Shown here: piece by piece, positions 52,216 to 64,000 of the stretch
How positions within the stretch are numbered: position 1 is the stretch's first letter
How the letters are laid out: each line of letters begins with the position of its first letter
DNA from: Entomortierella parvispora E1425
Lineage: Eukaryota > Fungi > Mortierellomycota
NCBI GenBank assembly: GCA_020891255.1
Contig: BQFW01000013.1
Span: forward strand, 2,232,001-2,296,000
Direction: 5' to 3'
DNA length: 64,000 nucleotides
The notes under the pieces: generated by a model
Told to the model about the DNA's origin: nothing
Seen by the model: the letters and a program-made list of their open reading frames with translations, nothing else
The model's database searches: none
Made by a program: the position numbers and the translations under genes

Positions 52216-54441
52216 TTATTCATGAGGAAAGAAAACAGGGCTAGAAGGAGAGGGAAGGTTCAACACTAAAAATGGGCTTTCAGTGAGGGTCGCAGATTGT
52301 GGAAGTGGTGTAGATGAAGGAGGAGGAGGAGGAAGAGGAGGGGAAAGATTGGATAAAGTTGGCCCTTCGTTGGCGGCCTGACTGGAAACGGAGTAAAGAG
52401 AAGGATGAACTGAGTTCGGAGTAGAATCATGAGAATGCCTGTTTCTCAGTGTGGGACGTGTTGCTATTGTGATGGGAGGCTGGATGCGCGGTGGACAATG
52501 ACTTTGGCCAAGCGTTTGAACGGACGAGGAGGTTGATCCTGAAGAAGAGGCCGCAGAACTGACGACCTGTGGACTGGTCCGAATGGAAGGCGATGCTGGC
52601 GACGTTATAACCGGACTGTGTGCCTCGAGAGGAGCTGGCAAAGGACTCTGAGCAACGTCGCTCGTCGCCGCTTGTTGATTCTGAAGTGGAACCATCGGTA
52701 TCAGCAATGTTGACTGCGATGACTGGTTGTCCCGATCGTCCGCGGCATTCTCTTGAGATGTTCGAGTAAGGCTTTCATCAAGGTCGAGGATCACCTTGTG
52801 GCCCTCAAATGCCAACGGATCGTGTGTGAAATCCATGAGCATTGCCACGTTCTTGTCCTCTGACTGGACTCTTTGGTAGATGACCTTGTAGAAGGACCCA
52901 TTCAAAACTGGCGCGTACTTTTCCGAGTAACCCCAAGCAGCAGCACACACTACAGTTACCACTACCATGACGATGACGAGGGCCAATGAGACTTCAAATG
53001 CATCCTTCACCTCGAGGGTGTCATAGAGAACATAGAGTTGCTCAGTTTGCTGGTTCACGACGACATTGTGGCCAAGCGAGGCAAGGTATAATGTTGCGTT
53101 GGTTGTCGCCTTGAGCAAATATGAGGCCGAGTACGCGGTTGCGACGTCATTCAACCCCGAAGGCATATGGTAGATGGTGAACTCATTCTGGTTGGTGATG
53201 GCCGGGTCACCTACGTTTGGAAGGGGTATGGCATTTCTGAATGCTGTTGGTGCGAAGGGGCTCCACGGCTGTGGCTCGATTGAAACCAGCGCTGCCATGA
53301 CATACGAACACACAAGGCCCATATCGCCTGTTAGATTAAAGTTGGACGAGGCACAAATCAAAAATTCCACGTTGTCCGAGGTTTTTGTGAGGACGACCAT
53401 GGTCGCACTGTTGCTTGGATTTAGGAAGGTCCCATTGTTGATGGCGGTATCCATGGACTGCAGGAGCGAAAGTTTTGAAGGGTCATCAAAAACCAAAGTT
53501 GTCACGTTGCGAAAGTCTTGAAGATGGTTGACTGCAAACTTGCTGTAGGTGACTCCGATGATAAAAGAGTCACTAGTGTTATACTGGCACCGCACTGTCG
53601 ATGTTATGGGAATCGCGATCATGCCATCTTCAGGCAGGTCTGCATAGCGTTGGGAATTGAGCATGGGTATTTCACATTGGTGACCATTCAACGCAGTGAA
53701 AATTGGGATTACATCCTGGAGAACGCCTTCGTCGAAAACGATTGGTGCAACCACCATGTGCTCTCCAGCAGATAGGAATCGATTTGTAGCGGCCTCAACA
53801 TCCCAAGTGTAAGACTTTGCTTCACTCTGCAATGTTGCTACTAGTACCGCACAGTTATCGTGAGGAGATGGATACTGGAATGGGTACTTTGTAAAGCTGG
53901 CATTGCCAAATCCCAAAAGAACACCTGTTTCGTTGCAAGGGACAACATAGTCGTACTTGCTCGGGGTGTAGATAGCTTTCGGGTTAAAGCTAGGGTTAAA
54001 ACGAGTACCATTGAGCAGTCGCACCAAGGTATCCTCCATCGTAGCGTCCGACTCCATGAATGCTGTCCAGTCGGTCCACAGCAAGGGCTGTGTTGCTAGT
54101 GGTTGTCCAGTAATTGCAACAGAAGGAGGCCCATCGGTTTTCCTGCCTGTTCGATTGACAGCCGCGCCGAGTGATATGGAGAGAAACAGAGCGGCAACTT
54201 CGGCGAAGATCATACAAATCATGATATTACGGCTCGTCTTGGGCAATTTTTTCCGGGAGTTCTTGAAGAGAACGACCATCTCACGGAATCCTCCGTTGCG
54301 AGACCAGCGAATGCTGTTGGCATAGGGGTCATGCGATCGTTTGTTATAATAGACGAGCATGGCACCGATGGTGCCAGACACAATGACCTTGATGACAACG
54401 ATGGCGATGGAGGCCCAAAAAAATCTCGCTGGGAATATCAT
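52216..54441 (-). CDS. 741-aa membrane glycoprotein (N-terminal TM, large N-glycosylated domain, C-terminal TM, Ser/Pro-rich tail)
   Basis: Long intronless ORF with two TM regions and many NxS/T sites; homologous to 55830..57602. Confidence 0.8.
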   Translation of the reverse strand: MIFPARFFWASIAIVVIKVIVSGTIGAMLVYYNKRSHDPYANSIRWSRNGGFREMVVLFKNSRKKLPKTSRNIMICMIFAEVAALFLSISLGAAVNRTGRKTDGPPSVAITGQPLATQPLLWTDWTAFMESDATMEDTLVRLLNGTRFNPSFNPKAIYTPSKYDYVVPCNETGVLLGFGNASFTKYPFQYPSPHDNCAVLVATLQSEAKSYTWDVEAATNRFLSAGEHMVVAPIVFDEGVLQDVIPIFTALNGHQCEIPMLNSQRYADLPEDGMIAIPITSTVRCQYNTSDSFIIGVTYSKFAVNHLQDFRNVTTLVFDDPSKLSLLQSMDTAINNGTFLNPSNSATMVVLTKTSDNVEFLICASSNFNLTGDMGLVCSYVMAALVSIEPQPWSPFAPTAFRNAIPLPNVGDPAITNQNEFTIYHMPSGLNDVATAYSASYLLKATTNATLYLASLGHNVVVNQQTEQLYVLYDTLEVKDAFEVSLALVIVMVVVTVVCAAAWGYSEKYAPVLNGSFYKVIYQRVQSEDKNVAMLMDFTHDPLAFEGHKVILDLDESLTRTSQENAADDRDNQSSQSTLLIPMVPLQNQQAATSDVAQSPLPAPLEAHSPVITSPASPSIRTSPQVVSSAASSSGSTSSSVQTLGQSHCPPRIQPPITIATRPTLRNRHSHDSTPNSVHPSLYSVSSQAANEGPTLSNLSPPLPPPPPSSTPLPQSATLTESPFLVLNLPSPSSPVFFPHE

Positions 54442-55829
54442 ATTGGTGAGAAGGCGACGACGAGGGATGTGAGTAAAAAAAGGCGGGAGAGATGGCTTTT
54501 TGCGAGCATGGCGTGTCCAAGGTTTTATTCTTGTTTTTCAGATGCCCTCCTGTGCGAAATCTCTTTCTCATTGACTGCCCTTCTTCGCCTCATCATCACG
54601 ATTGTTTTTCTCCATCTCATCACAACACTTTTTTTTTTTTTTTTTTTTTTTTTTGCGAGCAAATTGTTAAAAGTCGACAAAGTCAAAAACCTGCAACCAT
54701 TGATGAGCATCAAGAACCCCCATAGGAAATCCATGTGCTTACCAAATGCTCCTTTGAAGAAGTGAAATTGCTCAGAGAAAGGAAGAGTCGCCGCTTCATC
54801 ATCTTTGACGTGCTCACGCACTTTGCCCGGGTGGAATACCATAGATGCTGGTTGTCACGACGGGTGGCAAAGTATTCCTGGGAGTGCCCTGGGTTGCCAT
54901 TGGCCCATTGTTGAGGCGAATACCAAGAAACGTGTTTATTTGGGAGGGAAATGAGTGGCAGGAATTAATTAATTAATGGGAGGTCCAAGCGTGCATGTCA
55001 TTTTCCAGAACAGAGCAAACAAAAACTAAGTAGGTAAGAAAACTACGAAATCACTCTTGTTGCTCTTTGCATTGAGTGATTTCGTGGAATGAGAAGCTGA
55101 GAAGGTATTACTGAAAGACAAGCTTAAGCAGCGTTAAATTAAGGCAACAAGAAAGGATGATAAGCAAAAAAAAAAAAAAAAAAAAAGGATGGCAGCAGTG
55201 GGAGGAATAGAAGAGCGAACCAAGACCTCGTTTCTGTTGTGTTTTTTTGGGGGGGGGGGCGTCCCTTTTTTTTTTTTTTTTTGTAAATAAGAACACATAC
55301 AGAGCCTTTGTTTGTGTTTGTGCACCTTGAAAAGATGGTTCTTCTCGATCAACACCTGGTAAAACAGATAGGGAGACATCGACAGGTTTCTGAAGCTTTG
55401 TTGAAAAAAAAACGTGAAGCAGAAAGGTGCCTCAAGTTCAAAAAGATTGATTGCAAGTCGGTGCCAAGTCAACCGAGAAGTATCGCATCGGTCAGTTTCC
55501 AAAGTGCGCATCGTTTGCATTCTTTTGTTTTTGGCGTTTGGGTGGCAATGTGAAATGAAATGCTTCAAAAAAACTCTCATTTGCAACCTTGGTAAATAAA
55601 AGCCCACCCAAACGTTCGCCAACAAAACAAACATGCACCTCCCAGTACAACGTGTTGCCTTTGCCAACACTTTATTTTAAGTATTAATAACCTCACTCCT
55701 CAATGACTGACCTTTCACACAGATCAGATAGCTGACAACACCTACCCAATCTTTTTTACCTTCGTCTCCTCTTCGTTCGAGGCCTCACATCATTTTATCC
55801 CCACACTCTATACCTCTTACCTTTCTGAC

Positions 55830-57602
55830 ATGTTCCTTCAGTGGTCGTTTTTCGAGACCAACTTCTTACTCCTCATCCTGGACATTCTGGTGGCCACATT
55901 CTTCACGGCTGTACTGGCCTGTGCCGCTCGACATTCTCAGCACCACTCTCAGACCATTCGATGGGCGCATCAAGTCGGCCTTATGGAGATGGTGAAGATG
56001 ATGAAAAATTCAACCAAAAAAGTGCAGAAGATGCCTTTTATCGGCCTGAAAGTGAAGTGGGGACCTTTTGTCCGTCTGGTTGTCACATTCGTTTCAGGAT
56101 ACTTCTTAGTCGGCATCTTAGCCGCCGTCAAGGTGTTTTTCATCAATGCCACGACTGGTGAGAACGGTCATTATAACGAAGTGGTGGTATCAAGGCAGTT
56201 CATCACCAATACCAGCAGCACATCGTATTTGCCGGCATGGTCCTTCCCCGTACCATACAATACCAGAACGGAGGATGCGTTGACCAATGGGATAAACAGT
56301 ACCTACGCCCTCCCACGCGCCAGTCTATCAAAACGTTATCGTCCCCGATTGTCCGAGTATGAGATTGCCTGCGATCAATTGGATTTCAGCGTGAATGCCA
56401 ATGGCGATAGCGGTGGCTCCATTTCCCTCTCCAACACTGGCTGTGCAAACATGACTCTCATCGCGCCAATTGTTATGGATTCCAACCTGACAGGGTCGTA
56501 CGTTGTTCAGGAACCCAAGGGTCGGGCCAAGATTGTCATTCTAGGAGAAAGTCTCATATTGAATGCGACGGCAGTTGGCCTTGCTGCAGAGGTGCCCTTG
56601 TTATTGCGGTTAAAGCCCAATGCCAACGATTACTGCTTGATGTCGGACAAACCTCTTCAGTTATTCTCTTCAGCAAAGAGTGGCCTCACCTCCTATCCAC
56701 TGACTGCATTGACCAAGTGCAATATCTCCTCAGGCGGGATGGTCAGTCTTGCAACCTCAACTGTTCGCTTTTCTGTGCCAGAACCAGGGATGTTCCATCC
56801 TATTGCCACCTCTCTCTTTGGGTCCCAAGATGAGCTCGTATCAAGTATGGAGGTCAATCTCAACAATCTTACCTTAATCGACCTATCGCGAAGTAATAAC
56901 ACACTGGCCGCCGTGACGGAGGTCAACATTGTCGACACCAAAGTCACGATTCTAATGTGTATCAGCGCCAAGCAGATCATCTCACCCAACCTTTCATGTG
57001 CCTATGTGGTCGCCCACACAGTGATTACCCAACCCCGGCCCATGAACCCAGACATCACCCGAATGTTTCCTGATGGGGGAATCTCGAAATATGTTCCTCG
57101 GAGCGCCGTCGTGATGACGCTGAGCCACTTTCCTTTAATTTCGATGGACAAGCCCATTTTCGACATTCCAAAGGCCCTCAATTCATCTCAGATCGCAACA
57201 TCTTATCTAGCAGCGGTTGGTCAGAACTTTATCATGGACTGGGGGAGATCCACCTTGTATATCGCCTATGATACTGTCGACATCGTCAAGGGATATGAGA
57301 TCCCTGACCGGGTACTTTGGACTTTGGTTGGGGTCATGGGTGGCTGTCTTGTCATTATCGGCGCTACCGAGTGCCTGCTCGAGTCAAAGTACACGCGATC
57401 GCTTTACTTCTTAGCCTCAGAGGAGCTTTCTGCAGGACTTTTCGATGGCAGGCCCCAGCTGTACAAGTTCGACATTGACACGCTTAAGCTCGAAGGTCGG
57501 AAAATCATTTCCACCAAGCCGCCGCAGAGGCCAGAAGAGACTGACGTGCTTCAGAAGTCGATCTCGGGTTCCAAAAACCCTCTGATACCAACGGCAGTAT
57601 AA
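55830..57602 (+). CDS. 590-aa membrane glycoprotein, paralog of 52216..54441
   Basis: Shared motifs IRW..G..EMV, Y...CN/CD, YLA..G.N and LY..YDT; same TM layout. Confidence 0.8.
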   Translation: MFLQWSFFETNFLLLILDILVATFFTAVLACAARHSQHHSQTIRWAHQVGLMEMVKMMKNSTKKVQKMPFIGLKVKWGPFVRLVVTFVSGYFLVGILAAVKVFFINATTGENGHYNEVVVSRQFITNTSSTSYLPAWSFPVPYNTRTEDALTNGINSTYALPRASLSKRYRPRLSEYEIACDQLDFSVNANGDSGGSISLSNTGCANMTLIAPIVMDSNLTGSYVVQEPKGRAKIVILGESLILNATAVGLAAEVPLLLRLKPNANDYCLMSDKPLQLFSSAKSGLTSYPLTALTKCNISSGGMVSLATSTVRFSVPEPGMFHPIATSLFGSQDELVSSMEVNLNNLTLIDLSRSNNTLAAVTEVNIVDTKVTILMCISAKQIISPNLSCAYVVAHTVITQPRPMNPDITRMFPDGGISKYVPRSAVVMTLSHFPLISMDKPIFDIPKALNSSQIATSYLAAVGQNFIMDWGRSTLYIAYDTVDIVKGYEIPDRVLWTLVGVMGGCLVIIGATECLLESKYTRSLYFLASEELSAGLFDGRPQLYKFDIDTLKLEGRKIISTKPPQRPEETDVLQKSISGSKNPLIPTAV

Positions 57603-57739
57603 TGTTTACGTTTCACGACCCCTTTCTCCAGCCAGTGGTGTTTTTTTTTTTGCTTTCTTTTCTCGTAGTCTATGTTAAAAGTCAAGAATAACACACCGAA
57701 AAAAAAAAAAAAAAAAAAAAAAAACGTGCGCGCCACATG

Positions 57740-59130
57740 TTTTACTTATCTGACAGAGCCACCAGTTCTTTGTCCGTCGATCTGATGATCGGCCCCAATA
57801 CAAGAGAACACATACAGCATCTCCAAAGCGGCCGGACCTGTACCGCAAGGACGATATGTGTGCATGAGCCAAAAGAAAGCAACAGCCCCCTGGCGTTTGT
57901 TCTCTGATCAGATCTGCAGCTCTTGCGATAAACCCCTCTTCCGCGTCTCTTTTGTTGCCTCTCTCGAACGCGAACTCGCTGTCCCTGCTTCCGCTTCTCT
58001 TTACTCCCCCAAGAGCACAAATGACGTCCAGCTTTTGAGGCTTGCACTCCCTCTTTCCTCCCTCCTCGCCAACAACACTCCCCTCACATGCACCGACCAA
58101 CAACACTCTGCATTCCCCCAGCTCAAATGCGCCATCTGCTCCGCCCCCCGACCATCGTTGACACGGATGCATCTGGTCTCGCCACAGGCGCAGCACCGCT
58201 CCAGGTGGGTGGACCGCAATGGTAACTACCCCACCCAAGGACATCTTGTGTCTGCGTCCTGGGGGAGGGGGAGAGAGAGATGCATTGTCACTGCTGCCCT
58301 GAGGTCCATGCGGATCAATCAAGGGGCGGAACACACGCGCAGTACTCGACTGGACGGGTGGCTTTGCTGCATAGCATGAAATACAGCTCTGATTCTGGCA
58401 CACGATTCATTCGCTCCCCGTCCCTCTTCTGGTCTCTCTCTGCTCAGCTCCCCATGACATCATCCTACCTGCCATCTATCTCATCTGCCCGCGTCATTGT
58501 CGGCTTCAGATAAACCCCTCATATGTAGTCCCCTCCCTTCAACTGTTCTCGGTCCGAAAATGTGTTTGCCCCCAGTCGCTGTCCGCCTCATACCCCCATG
58601 ACGCCTTGGTCCATGCTGACCAGGACCCGTTGCCTGATCAGGCTTGTCCCTGAATGTATGCAATGAATGTAAAGGCAATGGCCAACATTGACATGCAAAC
58701 ATCCTCTAGTAAGTGTCTTTCTCGCTGTTTGATCCTGGTTCATTTTTGCGTACCGTATCCTGTGCTTTGAATTTACTACACTACATGTCCAGAAAGCGCA
58801 GGGGGTGAATCTCTAGCTGCCTCTTGAAGTGATCACGAAGCGCTACTCTGTTGCTTGACTGCTGCAACATCAATAAACAATCTACCATATTCAACTTCTG
58901 AACTACGGATGAACCAGCTCTTGGCTACTACAGCACGATAGTGTCGCGAAAAAGAGGGTGGGTTTCACCGCTTATATCTACATTTATACATCACAGCAAT
59001 GGAGGAGTCAAGGTTGCCGTTGAAGTTCTGTCATAAGTGATGTTGTGCCAACATGGAGATGATGCACCAGGAACTAGCTGTGCAGAACTCATGGGAAAGG
59101 GGATTGCCTGCGAGGGAGAGGATAGACGCT
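57740..59130 (+). repeat. Mosaic repeat block: chimeric leader plus Ty3 RT-RNase H linker fragment C (about 57925-58235) plus the block paralogous to 44198-45115
   Basis: ccccaagagcacaaatgacgtccagc and ctccctcctcgccaacaacac are shared with fragments A and B; 58241-59130 matches 44198-45115. Confidence 0.85.
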
Positions 59131-59523
59131 GTAGGATTTCAAACTTGCAGGGATGCAAACTTGATCCTTTCCATCCATGCACTTCCAATCGGGTCCAGAC
59201 TGGGACGTCTGGTACAATCGAGAGTGAACAAGCACTGCGTCGCACAAGCATTCGCCCTCTCTTTTCCTTCTCTTTGAGTCCTCCCAGGGGAGATGAGATG
59301 GGTCTGGGAAGAAAAAATTTGAGGAGAACAGGTGTGGCAATAATGCTCTCACGCTCCTTTCTTTTCTTTCCACCTTTCCTCGCTTTTTTTTTTTGTTCTC
59401 TCGTACTCTACCTGCCAGCAACCGGAATATCTAACAGCTCCCAAGGTACTGTGTCCGCGACGGCAAGTCATGAACGCTCAGCAAGCAAAGACTGATATGT
59501 GCTTTGTATATAGCACTGTCAAC

Positions 59524-62500
59524 ATGACGCCTTCTGAACACGAGGCTTTGAAGAATGCAAAGGATTGGATCCAATCTGCTCGAAAAGCTAAAGGGTCTAA
59601 ACTCACGGTTCCGATGTACTACTGGGGCGCAGTACTTGCCCTCAAAAAGATCGACAAAAAGAAGGCTGGCGCCGATGCGTTGACTGGCAAGGTCGATGCT
59701 CTTCGAGAGCTCGCTGAGGTGCTGAATCACTCGGGAGAAACAAGCAAGGCCGTCGAGTGCAGCCAGAAAGCAGATGCCTTGACGTAAGCACCTTTATTCT
59801 TGTCAATGTTGCATGGCTGTTGAAAGTCTCTAACTGAATGACAATCCACGCCAGCCGAGAACTAGGCGAGAACAAGAGGTTTCGTGAGTCCATCGCTTCA
59901 CCGCCTTTGACTGGACCAGTGATATCTCAGGATGAAGTCGAGACAAAGGTTGCCTGTACGGTCTCTTTAGAGGGTATGTCTTTATTGTATACTAGCACCA
60001 ACCCCATTTTGATCTTTATTAATGTTGCCTTTGCACTTTGTTTTCAAAGCCTCTGCCACATGCGCTACCAACATCTCCTCCACCCCTCAACCGACACCTC
60101 CACCCCTCAACCGACACCTCCACCGACCCCTCAAACAATCATCTCTATATCAGTGGCTACCAGTATCCAGGAATCTACAACCTTCTTCACCAAGGATGTA
60201 AATCCTGTACCTATTCACTGTACGCTACCTGGTCCGGATGAGCAATTGCAAACCACCTATCAACTTGTCTACAGTCTCCAGCTCTTGCAGGATTCAGTCC
60301 ACGAGGAGGATCTCACCCCTGAAGCTCTCCAGTGGCGTCACTGCACTCGAAATAACTTGGATGAGAAGGATCGCCTGCAGACCATAGCTGTTCAGATTGT
60401 CCAGACATTCAGAAGTAATGCTACCAAGGATGCTGCTGCCGTGGCTGAGGTTGTCCAGCTGGCCCCGGTACTCGACAGCGAGTATTCTCGGCTCCTCCTC
60501 ACATCCTTCACCGATACCATCTGCCAGTCACAGCATTTGCATGTGCACCTAGTGGCAGGGCTGGTCAACGTGATGCAAGGAGCTGCTCCTGGATCTATCA
60601 GCTCAAACGACCTCGTGGTCGTCCTTCAGTCCCTTCTCAAGAAACTCCAGTCGACTCACCCAGAGAGCACTCGAGATCGACATCACCTATTGCTTGCAAT
60701 TTCACAGGTTCTGGATACAATGGCGGATACTGATATCGGAAGTCTTGATCGCGACGCTCTCCATGCGCCATTGAAAGATCTTCTTCAAGAGTTAGAGTCA
60801 AGCGAGGACCCCTATTTGACATTCCAAGCTGAGTATGCCACGCAGGCGCTGTTGAACGTTCCGGATGATGAGACTGTTCTTAAGGCAGGATTCAGACGAT
60901 TATGGTCCGGCTTGAAGGTTGTAGCAGGCTTTGCCAACATCTTGGATCCTACAGCGATAAAGGACTCACTCGAGGCTCTGGAAAATCTATACGAATCTGG
61001 AAAAGAAGGCGCCAGGTTGCTCAAAGAGCTCCGTTCATCGATCAGGAACAATGACCATCCGACATTCTCTATGAAGGAGGGTCTCAGGTTCAAGAAAGCT
61101 TGGTACGACGCCGTGCGCAGAGCGGAGATGTGTATCAAGGCTGGCGGGCTTGTGGAATTCAGAGATCTGGTCACTACCACGTCATACCGACACCAATTCC
61201 AATTTCAATGGGGAATTTGCCAGCTTCTTGGGCAATTTGCGACTGACACCCAATGGGATCTAGAAGCACGGAAGGAGGCAATTGTATTCCTTGGAGAGCT
61301 CTACATGGATTCTAAACTTTGGAATCAGCGAGAGGGAGTTGACCAAGTCATTTTTGACATCCTCGCCAATGTAACTACCAATGATGGGGACAATTTTGAA
61401 GGTACGTCGATCTCACATCACCACCTAGGTTGCAACCCCTGGGAGCAAGCTATTAGGAATCCTATTCCTGACTTTTTTTTTTTTTTTTTTTTTGTTATTC
61501 ACTTTTATAAAAATATAAACTAGGCGCCACGTCTTTGCTGAAGAAGATGAAGAAACAGAGCCCAGAGTTGAAGTCAAACGTCGATCCACAGTCACCACTT
61601 TGGAACAATTTCCAGCCATGGGACTCAAGTGGATACACTACTGCAAAGTTCACACTGCTGAAAACTGTCCAGATCCAGTACCCTTGGAAACCTCGTCTTT
61701 ATGGCATCCACAAAGCTCTCAAGGCATATCACGCACCAGAACTCGTCATCCGCAGAGTTTCAGGAGACACGCTGGACCTGGAGACATGCTTTGTCAACCT
61801 AGCAATTGTGGAAGCACCGGCATATCGGCAAAAGGAAAAAGAGGATCTCAAAGAGCAGGCAGCAGTCTTTCATCGGCTACAAAGCTTTGAGAGGGTTGAA
61901 AATACGAATACGGATTCAGTGATTCCTCTGGAGCAACTCTTCAACAAGCGCAAGCTACCAAAACGCCAAAGAGATGAAAGTGAGGACGTTCCTAGAAGGA
62001 TTTTGGTGCAAGGGAGAGCAGGCATTGGCAAAACAACGCTCTGCAAGAAGCTTGTCCATGCCCACCAGAATGGACTGTGGAGGAATCTGTTTGATGTCGT
62101 ATTGTGGATTCCCTTGCGCAACCTCCGAGGATTTACAGGCAACACCCTCGAGGCTCTATTTCGTGACAAGATTTTTATCGGCCAGGATCGTGTCCAGCGT
62201 CAAGAAGCGTTGGCGGAAGCTCTTGTGACTTGTGCTGAAAAGGGAAAGGTCCTTTTCATCTTGGACGGCATGGATGAGATTGTGGCCGATACGGAGAGCG
62301 AGGAGCGCCAGACTTTTAGGAGGTTCTTAATGACCCTCCTTGGACAACAATATGTCGTCGTCACTTCGAGACCTTCCGGCGTAGACAGCTCACTATTGCA
62401 ATCAACAGATCTGGAACTTGAGACTGTCGGGTTCAGTCAGCAGAATGTCCAAGATTTTCTGGTCAAGGTACTCGATTATGAGGGAGCAACATCGGTTCAG

Positions 62501-64000
62501 GATTTTATTCGACGAACACCATTGATTCAAGGACTCGTCAACATCCCAGTGCAACTTGACGTGATCTGCTTCAGTTGGGATTCACTTCCCAAAAATGTCT
62601 CACACATCACCATGACGGGACTATATCAGCTGATGGTGCAGAGACTTTGCTGCAAGGACGCAGTGCGACTCAAGAAGAAGGCGGGAAAAATATTGCTGAC
62701 AGACCAGAGACTTCGCAGTTACGGTCCTAAAGAAATGGAGAATGTGATGGCGACCGAACTGCTGCATCTTGGGTACCTTGCGTTCAGAGGGATGGAGAAT
62801 CGTCACCAAATCGAATTCGAAGAAAAGGACCTCCGCCAAGCGTTCAGAGAGCTTCAGGAAAGTTCTGGATTCAACCAGACGCCTACACCTGAAGATCTCG
62901 TTGACACTATCAAGCAGACATCATTTTTGAACACGGCTGATGTAGACTTGAGCTCTCAAAACGCCAATTTTCAGCAAGCCTGGCATTTTTTGCACCTGAC
63001 ATTTCAGGAATATTTCGCCGCAACCTGGATAGTTCGCCATTTTACCCTCAGACAAGAGTGCCGCCCAGCCAAAATGATGTCCAGGGAACAATTGGCCGAC
63101 TTTGTTCACCAGCACAAATACAACCCTCAATATGAGATTGTTTGGTCAATGGTAGCAGGGCTGTTGGAAGGCGAGGCTCTGATGGAATTCTTTGGGCTTT
63201 TGCAGGGTGCGCCGCGCGATCTGATAGGAGGACGGCATGTGCTGATACTTGCATCCTGCTTCAACGAGGCACATGGTCGACTGGACTCCAAATATTCCAA
63301 GAAAGTAGACGAGGAGCTTCGGAGATGGCTTCGTTTTGAGATGCAGACACTTGAGCATGACGAAGACAGTGTCAGTAGGTTGGGCAGTCAGCTTTCATTC
63401 CCGGAGGCTTCTCTGGTCAACACACTGGTCTCTGAAAGCCCGTGGAGGAGCACCCTTGCAAGGACACTGGGGACTCGCTCTATAATGTCAGACGACGCCA
63501 TCACCTTCCTAGTCGTTGCACTCGACGACAACGACAACAGAGTGAGGTTTTTCGCTGCCGCAGCATTAGCAGAGCAGCCTCAATTGCCGGGATCATTGAT
63601 CACACCTCTCATTGCTGCACTGAAAGATAAGGATGGGGATGTCAGATATGCAGTGGCAACAGCATTAGGCAAACAGTCTCCGCTTCCAGAATCAGCCATC
63701 CCCGCTCTCGTCGCTGCACTCGATGATGAAGACGAAGATGTCAGGTCCGCTGCTGCATCGTTGTTATCCAAGCATTCAATTTCTCGAGAGACATCCATCC
63801 GGCCTCTCATCACGGTGATCGGTGCTAAAGACGAAGACGCCAACCCAACTGCTACATTGGCTTTGAACAGCATTCATTCCACGGGGCCGACTTTCATCCA
63901 ACCTTCGATTGCGCCACTCAAGAACGAACACGAGGAAGTCAAATTTGCAGTGACATTGAATTTGAGCGAAGAATCTGAGTTGCCAGAATCGCCCATAAAA
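59524..64000 (+). CDS. NLR2, close paralog of NLR1; exons 59524-59783, 59855-59973, 60050-61401, 61524->64000 (runs off the window); frameshifted by a 20-bp duplication if fully spliced
   Basis: Same intron positions and phases as NLR1. GRAGIGKTT, LFILDGMDE, FLHLTFQEYFAA and HEAT repeats beginning near 63520. The last exon appears open to the window end. Confidence 0.85.

Noticed and set aside
55300-55560. Minus-strand FRNLSMSPYLFYQVL, resembling a Harbinger transposase N-terminus
   Set aside because: Short weak match with no catalytic domain or TIRs.

Overview
Eukaryotic, intron-containing, transposon-rich 64 kb window. It most likely comes from a Mortierellaceae-type early-diverging fungus; this is an inference from the gene families and short GT-AG introns. 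It carries three paralogous NLR-like genes with the layout N-terminal helical domain, ARM-like domain, NACHT, 31-aa HEAT repeats. The copy at 1640-7820 (-) is intact. The copy at 59524->64000 (+) is about 90% identical in its core but frameshifted by a 20-bp duplication. The third copy is a diverged pseudogene split by a very young, complete Ty3/Gypsy chromovirus (35389-40455; identical 111-bp LTRs; GTCCG target-site duplication). Other genes: a secreted collagen-like gene with 393 uninterrupted Gly-X-Y triplets, a Crinkler-type effector, an IFI6/IFI27-like small membrane protein, a TlpA-like thioredoxin, and a head-to-head pair of paralogous membrane glycoproteins. Mobile and repeated DNA: a long-TIR Tc1 element, a hAT-like MITE, a LINE-like RNase H/zinc-finger relic, several degenerate Ty3 pieces, and a patchwork of local segmental duplications. 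No rRNA, tRNA or CRISPR array is supported. All family assignments come from motif recognition by eye; no searches were run.
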